The notes under the pieces were generated by a model that did no database searches, was not told the origin of the DNA, and saw nothing but the letters and a program-made list of their open reading frames with translations. The translations under genes were made by a program, and so were the position numbers. From Bacteroidota bacterium (GTDB lineage Bacteria > Bacteroidota > Rhodothermia > Rhodothermales > Bin80): 64,000 nucleotides of DNA. Shown piece after piece: positions 37,049 through 46,272 of the stretch (positions are counted from its first letter, which is position 1; the number at the start of each line of letters is the position of its first letter). The DNA lies in contig JAPPNA010000026.1 in NCBI GenBank assembly GCA_028873925.1, forward strand, positions 3,378 through 67,377, written 5' to 3'.

Positions 37049-40000
37049 ATGCTCCGTCACTGGCCCTGCCTTGCAATTGTTTTCTTCCTGATCGGATGCG
37101 GAGGCCGCAGTCTGCCCACCCCCGGTTCGGAATCCTACCTCGAAACCGTTAGCGCGTTTTACACGGGCGTGGCCGCCATGGAGGTCGGGGAGGATTTGCG
37201 GGCATCCGCCAAGCTCACCCGTGTCACGGAACTGGTCCCGGAGGAGCCGGCCGCCTGGGCCAATCTGGCGCTTATGGCTCTGCGGCGTAATGAACTCCAG
37301 GAGGCGCAGTCGCTGTTGACCACAGCACTGGAACTGGACACGGACAACAGTCAGGTTCTGCTGCTCGCGGCCGCAGCCGCGGCCATGGAAGGTGCCGCCG
37401 AACAGGAGCTGTCCTACCTCCGGCGGGCTGCAGCAGCCGATTCGACCCATGTGAAAGCGGCATATGCGCTATTCAAACGGACAGACGATGCTGGTGAGGC
37501 CGGGCAGCTGCTCACGCGGCTGCAATCTCTGGCACCTGACAATACGGCCATTCTGCTGGATGTGTTTGAGCGCGCCGCAGCTTCCGGCGGTGATGCGGAA
37601 CTGGTGCAACTGGAAGCCCGCCCATGGGGACCTGAGGTGAACGACCAGATTGCCGCATTGCGGGAGGCCACTGAGACGAGCGACAGATTGACGCAATTGG
37701 CTTTTCTGCGCAATGTGTTGTTGAGTGACCCGGTCTACCGCCAGGACTTGGCCGACCTGCGTGTCCCGATGGAGCAGGTAGGAGAGCCGCTGGTACAATT
37801 TGTTGCGGTGGAGCGTCCGGGAGCAGCCCCCGCGCCGCCGGATGAGTCCCTGGAATTTGAGGTTGAACGGCTGTTGCAGACGCAACTGGAGCCCCAGACC
37901 TGGATTGCGGCGGTGGCCCTCGGCAATGAGTCGCTTCCAGCCATCTTTTTTGCCGGTGGTGACTCCCTTAGAACGCTGCGGGGGGAAACCTGGCAGGCCC
38001 CTCGGGTGAGCGGCAATTACGGGGCGGCAGGTATTGACTATGACTTTGATTTTCGGACTGACCTGGTTCTGGCGGGACAGGACGGGATACGGTTGGTGCG
38101 TCAGGACTCCACGGAAGAATTTGCCGACATGACCGCTACGCTGGGGTTGCCTGTTTCCATTACCGAAGCGGCCTACTCAGGGGTATGGGTGGCCGATCTG
38201 GATCTGGAAGGGGATGTGGATGTGGTGCTGGCTGCGGACGAGGGGCCGGTGCAGTCATTGCGGAACAATGGCGATGGCACCTTCACGCCGGTTGAGTGGT
38301 TCAGTGGCGTAAGCGGCTTGGCGGATTTTGCCTGGGCGGACTTGGATCAGGATGGCGACCCCGATGCCGCCCTGGTGGATGAAGCGGGCGTGCTGCACCT
38401 GTACAGCAACGAGCGTCAGGGAAGATTTGTGCCTTTCAGCGGTGCACTGGACATAACCGATGTTGTGGATATCACGATCACTGATAGCAACAGCGATGGC
38501 AAAATCGATCTGCTGGCGCTGACCCGGGGCGGCATCGCGCGTATCACCGGCGGGTTTGAGTGGACGGTAGAGCTTGTGGCCGCCTGGGATGAATACAGCG
38601 CAGCCGCGCAGCTGCATGTGGCCGATGTGGACAATAACGGCGGCATAGACCTCATTATTAGTACGCCCGAAGAGGCCTCCGTATGGCTGCAGGATGGAAA
38701 CTATGAGTTCCGGGCACTGCCTCAACGCGCAGAAGCTCATGTGTTTGGTATCAGTGCCATCCGGGATGCGGGGCAGTTGGACCTGATCGGGCTGGATGGC
38801 AGCGGTCAGCCGGTGCGAGTGGCCATCTATACCACGCTGGCCTACCACTGGAGGCAGATTCGTCCGCGCGCGGCCCAGGCGGTTGGGGATCAGCGCATCA
38901 ATTCCTTCGGCATCGGCGGTGAGGTGGAGCTTCGCAGCGGTCTGCTGTATCAGAAGCAGCCCATTACCGAACCGATCCTGCATTTTGGAATGGGGACGCA
39001 GTCGCTGGCCGATGTGGCCCGGATTACCTGGCCGAACGGGTCCGTACAGGCTGAATTTGATATGCTGTCCGATCAGGTGGTCAGCGCCCAGCAGCGACTC
39101 AAGGGCTCCTGCCCGTGGCTGTTTGCGTGGAACGGGGAGTCCATGGAGTTTGTGACGGACTTTATCTGGCGCTCGCCGCTGGGTCTGCGCATTAACGCCC
39201 AGGAAACCGCCGGTGTTATGACCACTGAGGACTGGGTGCGTGTCAAGGGTGATCAGCTCAAACCCGGAAATGGCCTCTATGACCTGCGCATCACGGCCGA
39301 ACTGTGGGAGACGCACTTTTTTGATCATGTGTCCCTGATGGTGGTGGATCATCCGGCTGGAAGCGAGATCTTCGTTGACGAGCGGTTCGCCTTCCCGCCC
39401 CCGGAGCTCCAGGTGTTTGTGACCGGCGAGACCACCGCCGTGGACTCCGCCTGGGATGATTCCGGACGCAACGTAACCGAGTACGTCACCGCGGCCGATG
39501 AGCGGTATCTGGATTTCTTTGGCCGCGGAGACTACCAGGGTATCACGCGGGATCACTTTGTGGAATTTGTCGTCAGCGATGCGGATTCACGGGGGCAGTG
39601 GCTCGTGGCCCGCGGGTGGATCCGTCCTACGGACAGCTCAATCAATGTGGCCATCAGTCAGGGGAACCACGCGCCCCCCCAGGGATTGCGGCTGGAGGCA
39701 CAGCGACCGGACGGATCCTGGTACACGGTGCACGCGAATCTGGGATTCCCCAGCGGTAAATCCAAGACAATTCTGGCGGACTTGGAGCCAGCCCTGGCCG
39801 CCGGAGCGACGGGACGGTTCAGAATGCATACCAATATGGAAATCTATTGGGATGCGCTGCACACGGCCCCCAAGAGTGCCGAAGAGGTCCGCGTGCAGCG
39901 TTTGAATCCCGTTACGGCCCAATTGCGGTTTCGCGGCTATTCGGTGGTTACCGAGGCAAACCGGTCATCGCCGGAACTGCCCGACTACAATCAGCTCAGC

Positions 40001-40393
40001 GGCACCGCACAGATGTGGCGCGACCTGGTGGGGTACTACACACGCTTCGGGCCGGTGGAGCCACTGCTGGAAACCACCGATGACCGCTATGTGATCATGA
40101 ACGCGGGCGACGAACTGGTGCTGCACTTTGCGGAAGTCCCACCGCCTGCCGAGGGCTGGGTGCGGGACTTTGTGCTGATCGGCGATGGCTGGGTCAAAGA
40201 TGGTGACTACAACACCACATTTTCCACGACGCTCAGGCCGCTGCCCGCGCACAACGAGCCTCGTTACGACACCATGCCCGATCGTTTACGCGACGAACCG
40301 GTCTACCGGTTACATCCGTCAGACTGGAGAACCTATCATACGCGTTATGTGACACCGGAGCAGTTCTCCCGGGGCCTGTATTTCAGTCCGTAA
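37049..40393 (+). CDS. TPR plus FG-GAP/VCBS-repeat plus UnbV_ASPIC-like lipoprotein (CRTAC1 family)
   Basis: The ATG at 37049 gives MLRHWPCLAIVFFLIGCGG. There are TPR-like helices, repeated DLDxDGDxD segments, and NSFGIGGEVELRSG...HFGMG. Confidence 0.75.
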   Translation: MLRHWPCLAIVFFLIGCGGRSLPTPGSESYLETVSAFYTGVAAMEVGEDLRASAKLTRVTELVPEEPAAWANLALMALRRNELQEAQSLLTTALELDTDNSQVLLLAAAAAAMEGAAEQELSYLRRAAAADSTHVKAAYALFKRTDDAGEAGQLLTRLQSLAPDNTAILLDVFERAAASGGDAELVQLEARPWGPEVNDQIAALREATETSDRLTQLAFLRNVLLSDPVYRQDLADLRVPMEQVGEPLVQFVAVERPGAAPAPPDESLEFEVERLLQTQLEPQTWIAAVALGNESLPAIFFAGGDSLRTLRGETWQAPRVSGNYGAAGIDYDFDFRTDLVLAGQDGIRLVRQDSTEEFADMTATLGLPVSITEAAYSGVWVADLDLEGDVDVVLAADEGPVQSLRNNGDGTFTPVEWFSGVSGLADFAWADLDQDGDPDAALVDEAGVLHLYSNERQGRFVPFSGALDITDVVDITITDSNSDGKIDLLALTRGGIARITGGFEWTVELVAAWDEYSAAAQLHVADVDNNGGIDLIISTPEEASVWLQDGNYEFRALPQRAEAHVFGISAIRDAGQLDLIGLDGSGQPVRVAIYTTLAYHWRQIRPRAAQAVGDQRINSFGIGGEVELRSGLLYQKQPITEPILHFGMGTQSLADVARITWPNGSVQAEFDMLSDQVVSAQQRLKGSCPWLFAWNGESMEFVTDFIWRSPLGLRINAQETAGVMTTEDWVRVKGDQLKPGNGLYDLRITAELWETHFFDHVSLMVVDHPAGSEIFVDERFAFPPPELQVFVTGETTAVDSAWDDSGRNVTEYVTAADERYLDFFGRGDYQGITRDHFVEFVVSDADSRGQWLVARGWIRPTDSSINVAISQGNHAPPQGLRLEAQRPDGSWYTVHANLGFPSGKSKTILADLEPALAAGATGRFRMHTNMEIYWDALHTAPKSAEEVRVQRLNPVTAQLRFRGYSVVTEANRSSPELPDYNQLSGTAQMWRDLVGYYTRFGPVEPLLETTDDRYVIMNAGDELVLHFAEVPPPAEGWVRDFVLIGDGWVKDGDYNTTFSTTLRPLPAHNEPRYDTMPDRLRDEPVYRLHPSDWRTYHTRYVTPEQFSRGLYFSP

Positions 40394-41165
40394 GTCTGAA
40401 CCGGACGGGCACCGCCAGCATTACCGGTACCGCCCGGCCGCGCTGCAGACCGGGTGAATACTCCAGTTCCATGACCGCGCGCAGGGCCTCCTGATTGAGC
40501 AGGTCGTGCGCTTCCCTGATCAGAGTCGGATCTTCAGGTGTGCCGTCCGGCTGAATCACCACGCGGACAATAACCATGCCGTCAATGCCCGCCCGCTGCG
40601 CGGCCATGGGGTAATTCAGCTTGGCGGCGAGGGCGGCCTGGCCGCCAATGATTGTCGGCATGGTTTCAACAAACTCAAAGATTTCAACCTCTTCATACGC
40701 ACGCTCCTTTTCGGCGGGCGGTGGAGGCGGTGCGGCTGCAAAGATAGGTTCAAGCGTCAGAGACGCATCCAGATCCAGCGGCTCATCATCCAGAATTTCG
40801 TCATTGGGCACTTCTACGGGAACGGGAGGACGCGGCGGCGGCGGCGGCTTGACCAGCTGTCGGGTCTGAATCACCTCCTGCATCGTCACCAGCTCCTGCC
40901 GCAGGTCGTAGACGGGCTTGGACTGCTTCGGCCGAAAATCCAGGTTGAATGCCCCGATGACGACCAGCATCGCGAGCACGACCGCGAATTGCATCAATGT
41001 TACATACCGGCGCTGCTGCCTCTGAAAACGTTGTACGCGGCGGGTAAAGCCGATGGCCATCTGCTCTGCGGACAGATGCGCAGCCGCGCCCCGCGGCTGA
41101 TACCGGTAGCCGCCGGCATGACTCGGAAGAAAGCGTCCGATCAAAAAAGATTTGTTCATAGCCAA
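40383..41165 (-). CDS. tonB: Energy transducer TonB
   Basis: N-terminal anchor, Pro-rich spacer KPPPPPRPPVPVEVP, and a C-terminal TonB fold (GIDGMVIVRVVIQPDGT...YSPGLQRGRAVPV). Confidence 0.85.
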   Translation of the reverse strand: MAMNKSFLIGRFLPSHAGGYRYQPRGAAAHLSAEQMAIGFTRRVQRFQRQQRRYVTLMQFAVVLAMLVVIGAFNLDFRPKQSKPVYDLRQELVTMQEVIQTRQLVKPPPPPRPPVPVEVPNDEILDDEPLDLDASLTLEPIFAAAPPPPPAEKERAYEEVEIFEFVETMPTIIGGQAALAAKLNYPMAAQRAGIDGMVIVRVVIQPDGTPEDPTLIREAHDLLNQEALRAVMELEYSPGLQRGRAVPVMLAVPVRFRLTD

Positions 41166-41282
41166 TAATGATATGTGAATCCGGCTTCCTGTACGTAAGA
41201 ATTGCCGGCAGGATACACCGATGTGGTGACAAACAATTCGGCGGCTGCATCGTCAAATCGGGCTGCGCCAACTGATCCTCAC

Positions 41283-41945
41283 ATGGTCTGTCGTATGCTG
41301 CTGCTGTGCTTGCTGGTCTGGCCGTGTGCAGCCCAGGACCACGATGTCACTATCGCCCGCATCAAGTATGAAGGCGGAGGCGACTGGTACAGCGATGAGC
41401 AGTCTCTGCCTGAACTGCTGGCCTATGTGCGTACGCACACGCTGTTGGATGTCGCCCCTCGACCGGCGATCGTGGAATTGACCAGTGATAAGCTTTTTAT
41501 GTTTCCTTACCTGTACCTGACTGGCCATGGCAATGTCGTATTCACCGACGACGAAGTCCGGCGCCTGCATCAGTATCTGGAGCACGGCGGGTTCCTGCAT
41601 ATCGATGATAACTACGGGATAGATGCGGCCATCCGCCGGGAGTTGGCGCGTGTATTCCCGGATCAGGCGCTGGTGGAGCTGCCGTTTGATCACGCGATTT
41701 ACCACACGCACTACTCATTCCCGAGCGGGCTGCCGAAGGTTCATCAGCACGATGGCAAGCCGAGTCAGGGATTCGGGCTGTTTGATTCGTACGGGCGGTT
41801 GTGTGTCTTCTACAGCTACGAGAGTGACCTGGGCGATGGATGGGAGCCGACAACGGTCCATGATAATCCGCCGGAAGTCCGGGAAAAGGCCCTGCAGATG
41901 GGGACCAATATTCTGATTTACGCCATGTTGGCCCCCGGCAACTGA
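41283..41945 (+). CDS. DUF4159 domain-containing protein
   Basis: [22 protein letters not shown]...[41 protein letters not shown]. Start chosen at 41283 (signal-like). Confidence 0.8.
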   Translation: MVCRMLLLCLLVWPCAAQDHDVTIARIKYEGGGDWYSDEQSLPELLAYVRTHTLLDVAPRPAIVELTSDKLFMFPYLYLTGHGNVVFTDDEVRRLHQYLEHGGFLHIDDNYGIDAAIRRELARVFPDQALVELPFDHAIYHTHYSFPSGLPKVHQHDGKPSQGFGLFDSYGRLCVFYSYESDLGDGWEPTTVHDNPPEVREKALQMGTNILIYAMLAPGN

Positions 41946-41955
41946 GCATGTGCCA

Positions 41956-43263
41956 ATGTCCGATTTGAAACTTCAGGACCCGGATGTGTATGCGGCTCTG
42001 GCCCGTGAAGCCGACCGCCAGAATAACGGCCTGGAGCTGATCGCATCCGAGAATTTTGTCTCACGCAGCGTGATGCAGGCGATGGGTTCATCGCTGACCA
42101 ATAAGTATGCTGAGGGGCTGCCGGGCCGCCGCTATTACGGCGGTTGCACGTATGTTGACGAAGTGGAGGATCTCGCCAGGAGCCGCGCGCGCGCATTATT
42201 CGGGTGCGAGTGGGTAAATGTGCAGCCCCATTCCGGTGCCTCGGCCAATGCGGCGGTGTATCTGACCTGCATGAATCCGCGCGATACATTCTTGGGGCTG
42301 GACCTCGCCCACGGCGGCCATCTGACGCACGGCAGTCCGGTGAATTTCTCAGGAATTCTCTACCAGGCGGAATACTACGGCGTGGAGCCTGACGGGCCGC
42401 TGGCCGGCCGTATTGATATGGATCGTGTTCGGGACACGGCGCTTAGGGTCAGGCCGCGGATGATTTCAATTGGGGCCAGTGCATACGCGCGGGACTTTGA
42501 TTATGCGGCATTCCGGGCGATTGCGGATGAAGTGGGCGCGTTATTGTGGATGGACATGGCGCATCCTGCCGGGCTGATTGCAGCCGGCGTGCTGAATGAC
42601 CCATTGCCGCATGCGCATGTGGTTTCAACAACGACGCACAAGACGCTGCGGGGTCCGCGGGGCGGGATGCTGCTGATTGGACGGGATTTTCCAAATCCGT
42701 TCGGCCGGACGGCCCCCAAAAGCGGCCGGACGCGCCGCATGGGTGAGCTGCTGGATTCGGCGGTATTTCCAGGGACGCAGGGTGGCCCGCTGATGCATGT
42801 AATTGCGGCTAAGGCGGTGGCCTTCAAGGAGGCTCTGGAGCCTTCCTTCAAGGAGTATGCACGGCAGGTGCAGCGGAATGCCGCGGCGATGGCTGAAGAA
42901 TTCCTGGCGCGGGGGTACCATGTGGTCAGCGGCGGCACGGATAACCACCTGATTTTACTTGACCTGCGCAACCGTGATATGACCGGCAGGCAGGCTGAGC
43001 AGGCGCTGCAGGCCGCTGACATTACGGTCAACAAAAACATGGTGCCGTTTGATGATAAGAGCCCGTTTGTGACCAGCGGCATTCGTCTGGGTACACCGGC
43101 TGTGACCACGCGCGGCTTTGACGAATCAGCGTGCACGGTGGTCGTGGGGATGATGGATCGCGTGCTGCAGGCACCGCAAAGCGATACGGTGCGGCGCGCG
43201 GTACGGGGTGAGGTCTTGGAGTTGTGTCATGCACATCCGCTGTATGACTTCGTTACGGCCTGA
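41956..43263 (+). CDS. glyA: Serine hydroxymethyltransferase
   Basis: [23 protein letters not shown] and the [16 protein letters not shown]-lysine motif. Confidence 0.95.
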   Translation: MSDLKLQDPDVYAALAREADRQNNGLELIASENFVSRSVMQAMGSSLTNKYAEGLPGRRYYGGCTYVDEVEDLARSRARALFGCEWVNVQPHSGASANAAVYLTCMNPRDTFLGLDLAHGGHLTHGSPVNFSGILYQAEYYGVEPDGPLAGRIDMDRVRDTALRVRPRMISIGASAYARDFDYAAFRAIADEVGALLWMDMAHPAGLIAAGVLNDPLPHAHVVSTTTHKTLRGPRGGMLLIGRDFPNPFGRTAPKSGRTRRMGELLDSAVFPGTQGGPLMHVIAAKAVAFKEALEPSFKEYARQVQRNAAAMAEEFLARGYHVVSGGTDNHLILLDLRNRDMTGRQAEQALQAADITVNKNMVPFDDKSPFVTSGIRLGTPAVTTRGFDESACTVVVGMMDRVLQAPQSDTVRRAVRGEVLELCHAHPLYDFVTA

Positions 43264-43327
43264 ACCACCGCCCCCTATGGAAGTACCAGCGGGTTAGTCC
43301 ACAAAGATCCCGTCCGGGATCGGCCAT

Positions 43328-43909
43328 ATGAGCACCCAGGGTTCGTCGGTTGCGCTGTTGGGTCGGCAGATTTATGATCTGGCCCTCGTACTCCGTGAGG
43401 ATGAAGAACTCACTGACCCCAACGGAGAGCCGATCAACTGGCTGCTGGATGTGCGCGTACCTATGATGCATGGCGATCTGGCCCGCCAGGTCGGGGAAAT
43501 CCTGGCAGGACGTGCCAGGTCTGCCGGCGTACATCAGGTGGTAGGGTCCGGATTCGGTGCCTATTCGATGGTGACAGCAGCAACCATGGCACCAGGCTAT
43601 CCTGCTGTTCGCGGCGGATTTGTCCGTCCCGTCCACAAGCCATACGGACGTCGGCGCTTGGTTGAGGGCGCTGTACATCGGGACAATCCGATTATTTTAC
43701 TTGATGACATTCTCAACAGCGGCATAAGTGCTATCAGGACGGTGCGGCACCTGCATGGAGACGGGTTCCGGGTGGCTGGCTTCATTTCCATTTTTGAGTT
43801 TTCCTGGAGCGGAGGCCGCAAGCGGCTGGAGCAGGAGGGACTCTGGGTGGATTCGATCCTGGAGCTGAATCCGGGCCGGGACAACTCCACCAGTTCAGAT
43901 TCCGCCTGA
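43328..43909 (+). CDS. Phosphoribosyltransferase-family protein (orotate PRTase-like)
   Basis: PRPP-binding loop IILLDDILNSGIS. The exact function is not resolved. Confidence 0.55.
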   Translation: MSTQGSSVALLGRQIYDLALVLREDEELTDPNGEPINWLLDVRVPMMHGDLARQVGEILAGRARSAGVHQVVGSGFGAYSMVTAATMAPGYPAVRGGFVRPVHKPYGRRRLVEGAVHRDNPIILLDDILNSGISAIRTVRHLHGDGFRVAGFISIFEFSWSGGRKRLEQEGLWVDSILELNPGRDNSTSSDSA

Positions 43910-43921
43910 TTAACTACGGGT

Positions 43922-44791
43922 ATGGCAGCAAAACGGGCAGGGCTTTTCCGGCGCAAGTCTGCTGCTGTGCAGCCGGCGGGTGATGGGGCGGCAGGTCCGG
44001 CGGATGTGCTGCCCTCCAAGGGGGAGATGTCCTTCCTGGAGCACTTGGAGGACTTGCGCTGGACCATTTTGAAGGGGATTACCGGCGTGGTGGTTATGAC
44101 CATCGTGGCGGGGATTTTTCATGACTGGGTCACCGATACGGTTCTTCTCGGGCCTGCTAAGGGGGATTTCTTTACGTATCGCGTACTGAGAATTGACTTT
44201 GCGGACCTGCACCTCCAGAATCGCACTCCGACCGGTCAGTTTTTCGCGCTGGTGGGCATTGTGATGGCGGTAGGTGTGGTCGTCGGGTCGCCCGTGTTCA
44301 TCTATTTTTTCTGGAGGTTTATTGAGCCGGGTTTGTATCCGCGCGAGCGGTCCGGCATGCGGTTTATCGCTGCGTTCGCCACATTTTTTTTCGTGGTCGG
44401 CATCCTGTTCGGCTACTTTGTGATCACGCCGCTGGCGCTGAATTTTTTCAATTCGTTTCAGATTTCCGAAGTGGTTCACAACGAGTTTGATATCACGCGA
44501 TACTTCAGCAGTGTAACCTGGTGGTCGTTCGGATCCGGTCTGCTCTTTGAGCTGCCGGTGGTTATTTTTTTTCTGACGAAGCTGGGCATAGCCACGCCCG
44601 AACGCCTGCGTTCCATTCGTAAGTACGCGTTTGTAGGGGTCTTCATCGTGGGTGCCATCATCACTCCGGCGGATCCGTTTTCCATGTTTGCGGCCGCGAT
44701 CCCGCTGTACGGCCTGTATGAGGGGTCAATTCTGATTTCCGGATGGGTTCTGCGCAAGGATCAGCGCGAATTGGAGAAGGCTCTGGAGTAG
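43922..44791 (+). CDS. tatC: Twin-arginine translocase subunit TatC
   Basis: MSFLEHLEDLRWTILK plus six TM segments. The alternative start at 44027 would remove a 35-aa N-terminal extension. Confidence 0.9.
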   Translation: MAAKRAGLFRRKSAAVQPAGDGAAGPADVLPSKGEMSFLEHLEDLRWTILKGITGVVVMTIVAGIFHDWVTDTVLLGPAKGDFFTYRVLRIDFADLHLQNRTPTGQFFALVGIVMAVGVVVGSPVFIYFFWRFIEPGLYPRERSGMRFIAAFATFFFVVGILFGYFVITPLALNFFNSFQISEVVHNEFDITRYFSSVTWWSFGSGLLFELPVVIFFLTKLGIATPERLRSIRKYAFVGVFIVGAIITPADPFSMFAAAIPLYGLYEGSILISGWVLRKDQRELEKALE

Positions 44792-45602
44792 TCCGGCGCT
44801 GCGTGTGCACTGAGGGAGGCTGACCGGGCAGCCGGTGTCGGCCCATTTGAGCAGTATCAGCTTATCCGGCTCGGGACAGACGCGCCGACTGGCTGTTATT
44901 TCCGCCAGCTGCGGGCAGCTGCGCGCTGTCAGGAATCGGCCAATCTGGGTCCTCTTGGGACGTTCTGCCTGTTGGAAGCCCTGCACCCGTCCGTCTGTCG
45001 CTGACACACCCACAGGAAAGGAGTGTGCGAACCGTTTCAGGTCCCCAGGTGCCGCTTTGCGGGGCACGAGGCCCGCTACATCACCTGGGAGCATTGAGCA
45101 CATGGCCGCCGCCAATTCGATTGCGAACTTTCAAGGCGTGTTAACGGGGCGGCGCGCCGAGCTTTAGGCTCAGACCGCCACATTCAACCTGATTCTGTGG
45201 CTGATTGGCGGGGTCGGGACCCTACAGCCGGCCTTGTTCGGCTACAGGCTTTCCCAGTTGTGCCGGCGCACATAGGACCGCAGGTATCCGGGTATCTCAC
45301 CCGACCCTCCAATGGTCTGTCTGTGCCGTTCTATGTGATTGTTGGGGGTGCTGTTGGAGCGGAACCTGGCCTTCCTTAATTTCCACCCAGGGCAGCGTCA
45401 CGAGGAGGCCAGCAAAGAGCCTGCTCACCCGGACGGGCACGATCAGCCATCGCGCATTCGCGGTCGGCGTACCTCGCCGGTGGAGTCAGTGATCAGACCG
45501 GCGTTTGCCGGGGATTGCTAATTTTAGCTGATTCAGGCCGGATTTACGGTGTCGGCCTGGAGGATATGAATTGATTTTTCGGTATTGATTGAGGTGTCTT
45601 GA

Positions 45603-45806
45603 ATGTCCCGCAATGAAGTTCCTATTGCCGTTATAGGCATGGCGTGCCGGTTTCCCGGTGCCACCAGCATATCAGAATTCTGGCAACTGCTCATTGACGG
45701 GGGGAACTCCGTACAGGAAGGTCTTCCGGGTGCGGGTAACAAGCGTATTGATGAGCTGTTTGCCAATGTAGCAGATCCGGGCGGTGCTTGTCGGTTTTGC
45801 GCCTAA
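45603..45806 (+). CDS. PKS fragment 1: KS1 N-terminus
   Basis: IAVIGMACRFPGATSISEFWQLL. Confidence 0.8.
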   Translation: MSRNEVPIAVIGMACRFPGATSISEFWQLLIDGGNSVQEGLPGAGNKRIDELFANVADPGGACRFCA

Positions 45807-46227
45807 CATTGACGATATAGAACAGTTTGACGCGGGATTCTTTCGAATCTCCCCGGTGGAGGCCGAGTGGTTGGATCCCCAGCAGCGGATGATGCTGGAG
45901 ACCAGTTGGCAGGCACTCGAAGATGCCGGGATCGATCCAGACAGTCTGAAGGGCAGTCGGACCGGGGTGTATACCGGCATCAGCAACGACGAGTATCGAA
46001 TGCTCGTGGTTGAGTCCGGTAAACCCGCCGACGCTGCATCCTGCCTTTACGCCCTGAGCGGTACCAATCTCAACGGCACCAGCGGACGTGTCGCCTTTGT
46101 GCTCGGCCTCATGGGCCCCTCCAAGGCGGTCGACGCGGCATGTGCCTCGTCGCTGGTTGCGGTACATGACGCGGTTACGGATCTGCAGGAGGGCAGGGCC
46201 GATATGACCATCGTGGGCGGAGTCTAG
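45784..46227 (+). CDS. PKS fragment 2: KS1 core
   Basis: FDAGFFRISPVEAEWLDPQQR and active-site DAACASSL. It ends IVGGV*. Confidence 0.8.
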   Translation: MLVGFAPNIDDIEQFDAGFFRISPVEAEWLDPQQRMMLETSWQALEDAGIDPDSLKGSRTGVYTGISNDEYRMLVVESGKPADAASCLYALSGTNLNGTSGRVAFVLGLMGPSKAVDAACASSLVAVHDAVTDLQEGRADMTIVGGV

Positions 46228-46272
46228 GCCATCCTGAACGGGCGCGTATTTGAACTCCGATCGGATGCCATA

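Noticed and set aside
44726-45115. 129-aa minus-strand ORF overlapping the tatC 3' end.
   Set aside because: It has some Cys spacing (SCPQL...VCPEP...GCPV) but no recognisable family. It overlaps tatC by 66 nt, and its N-terminal half is low complexity. It is left uncalled.
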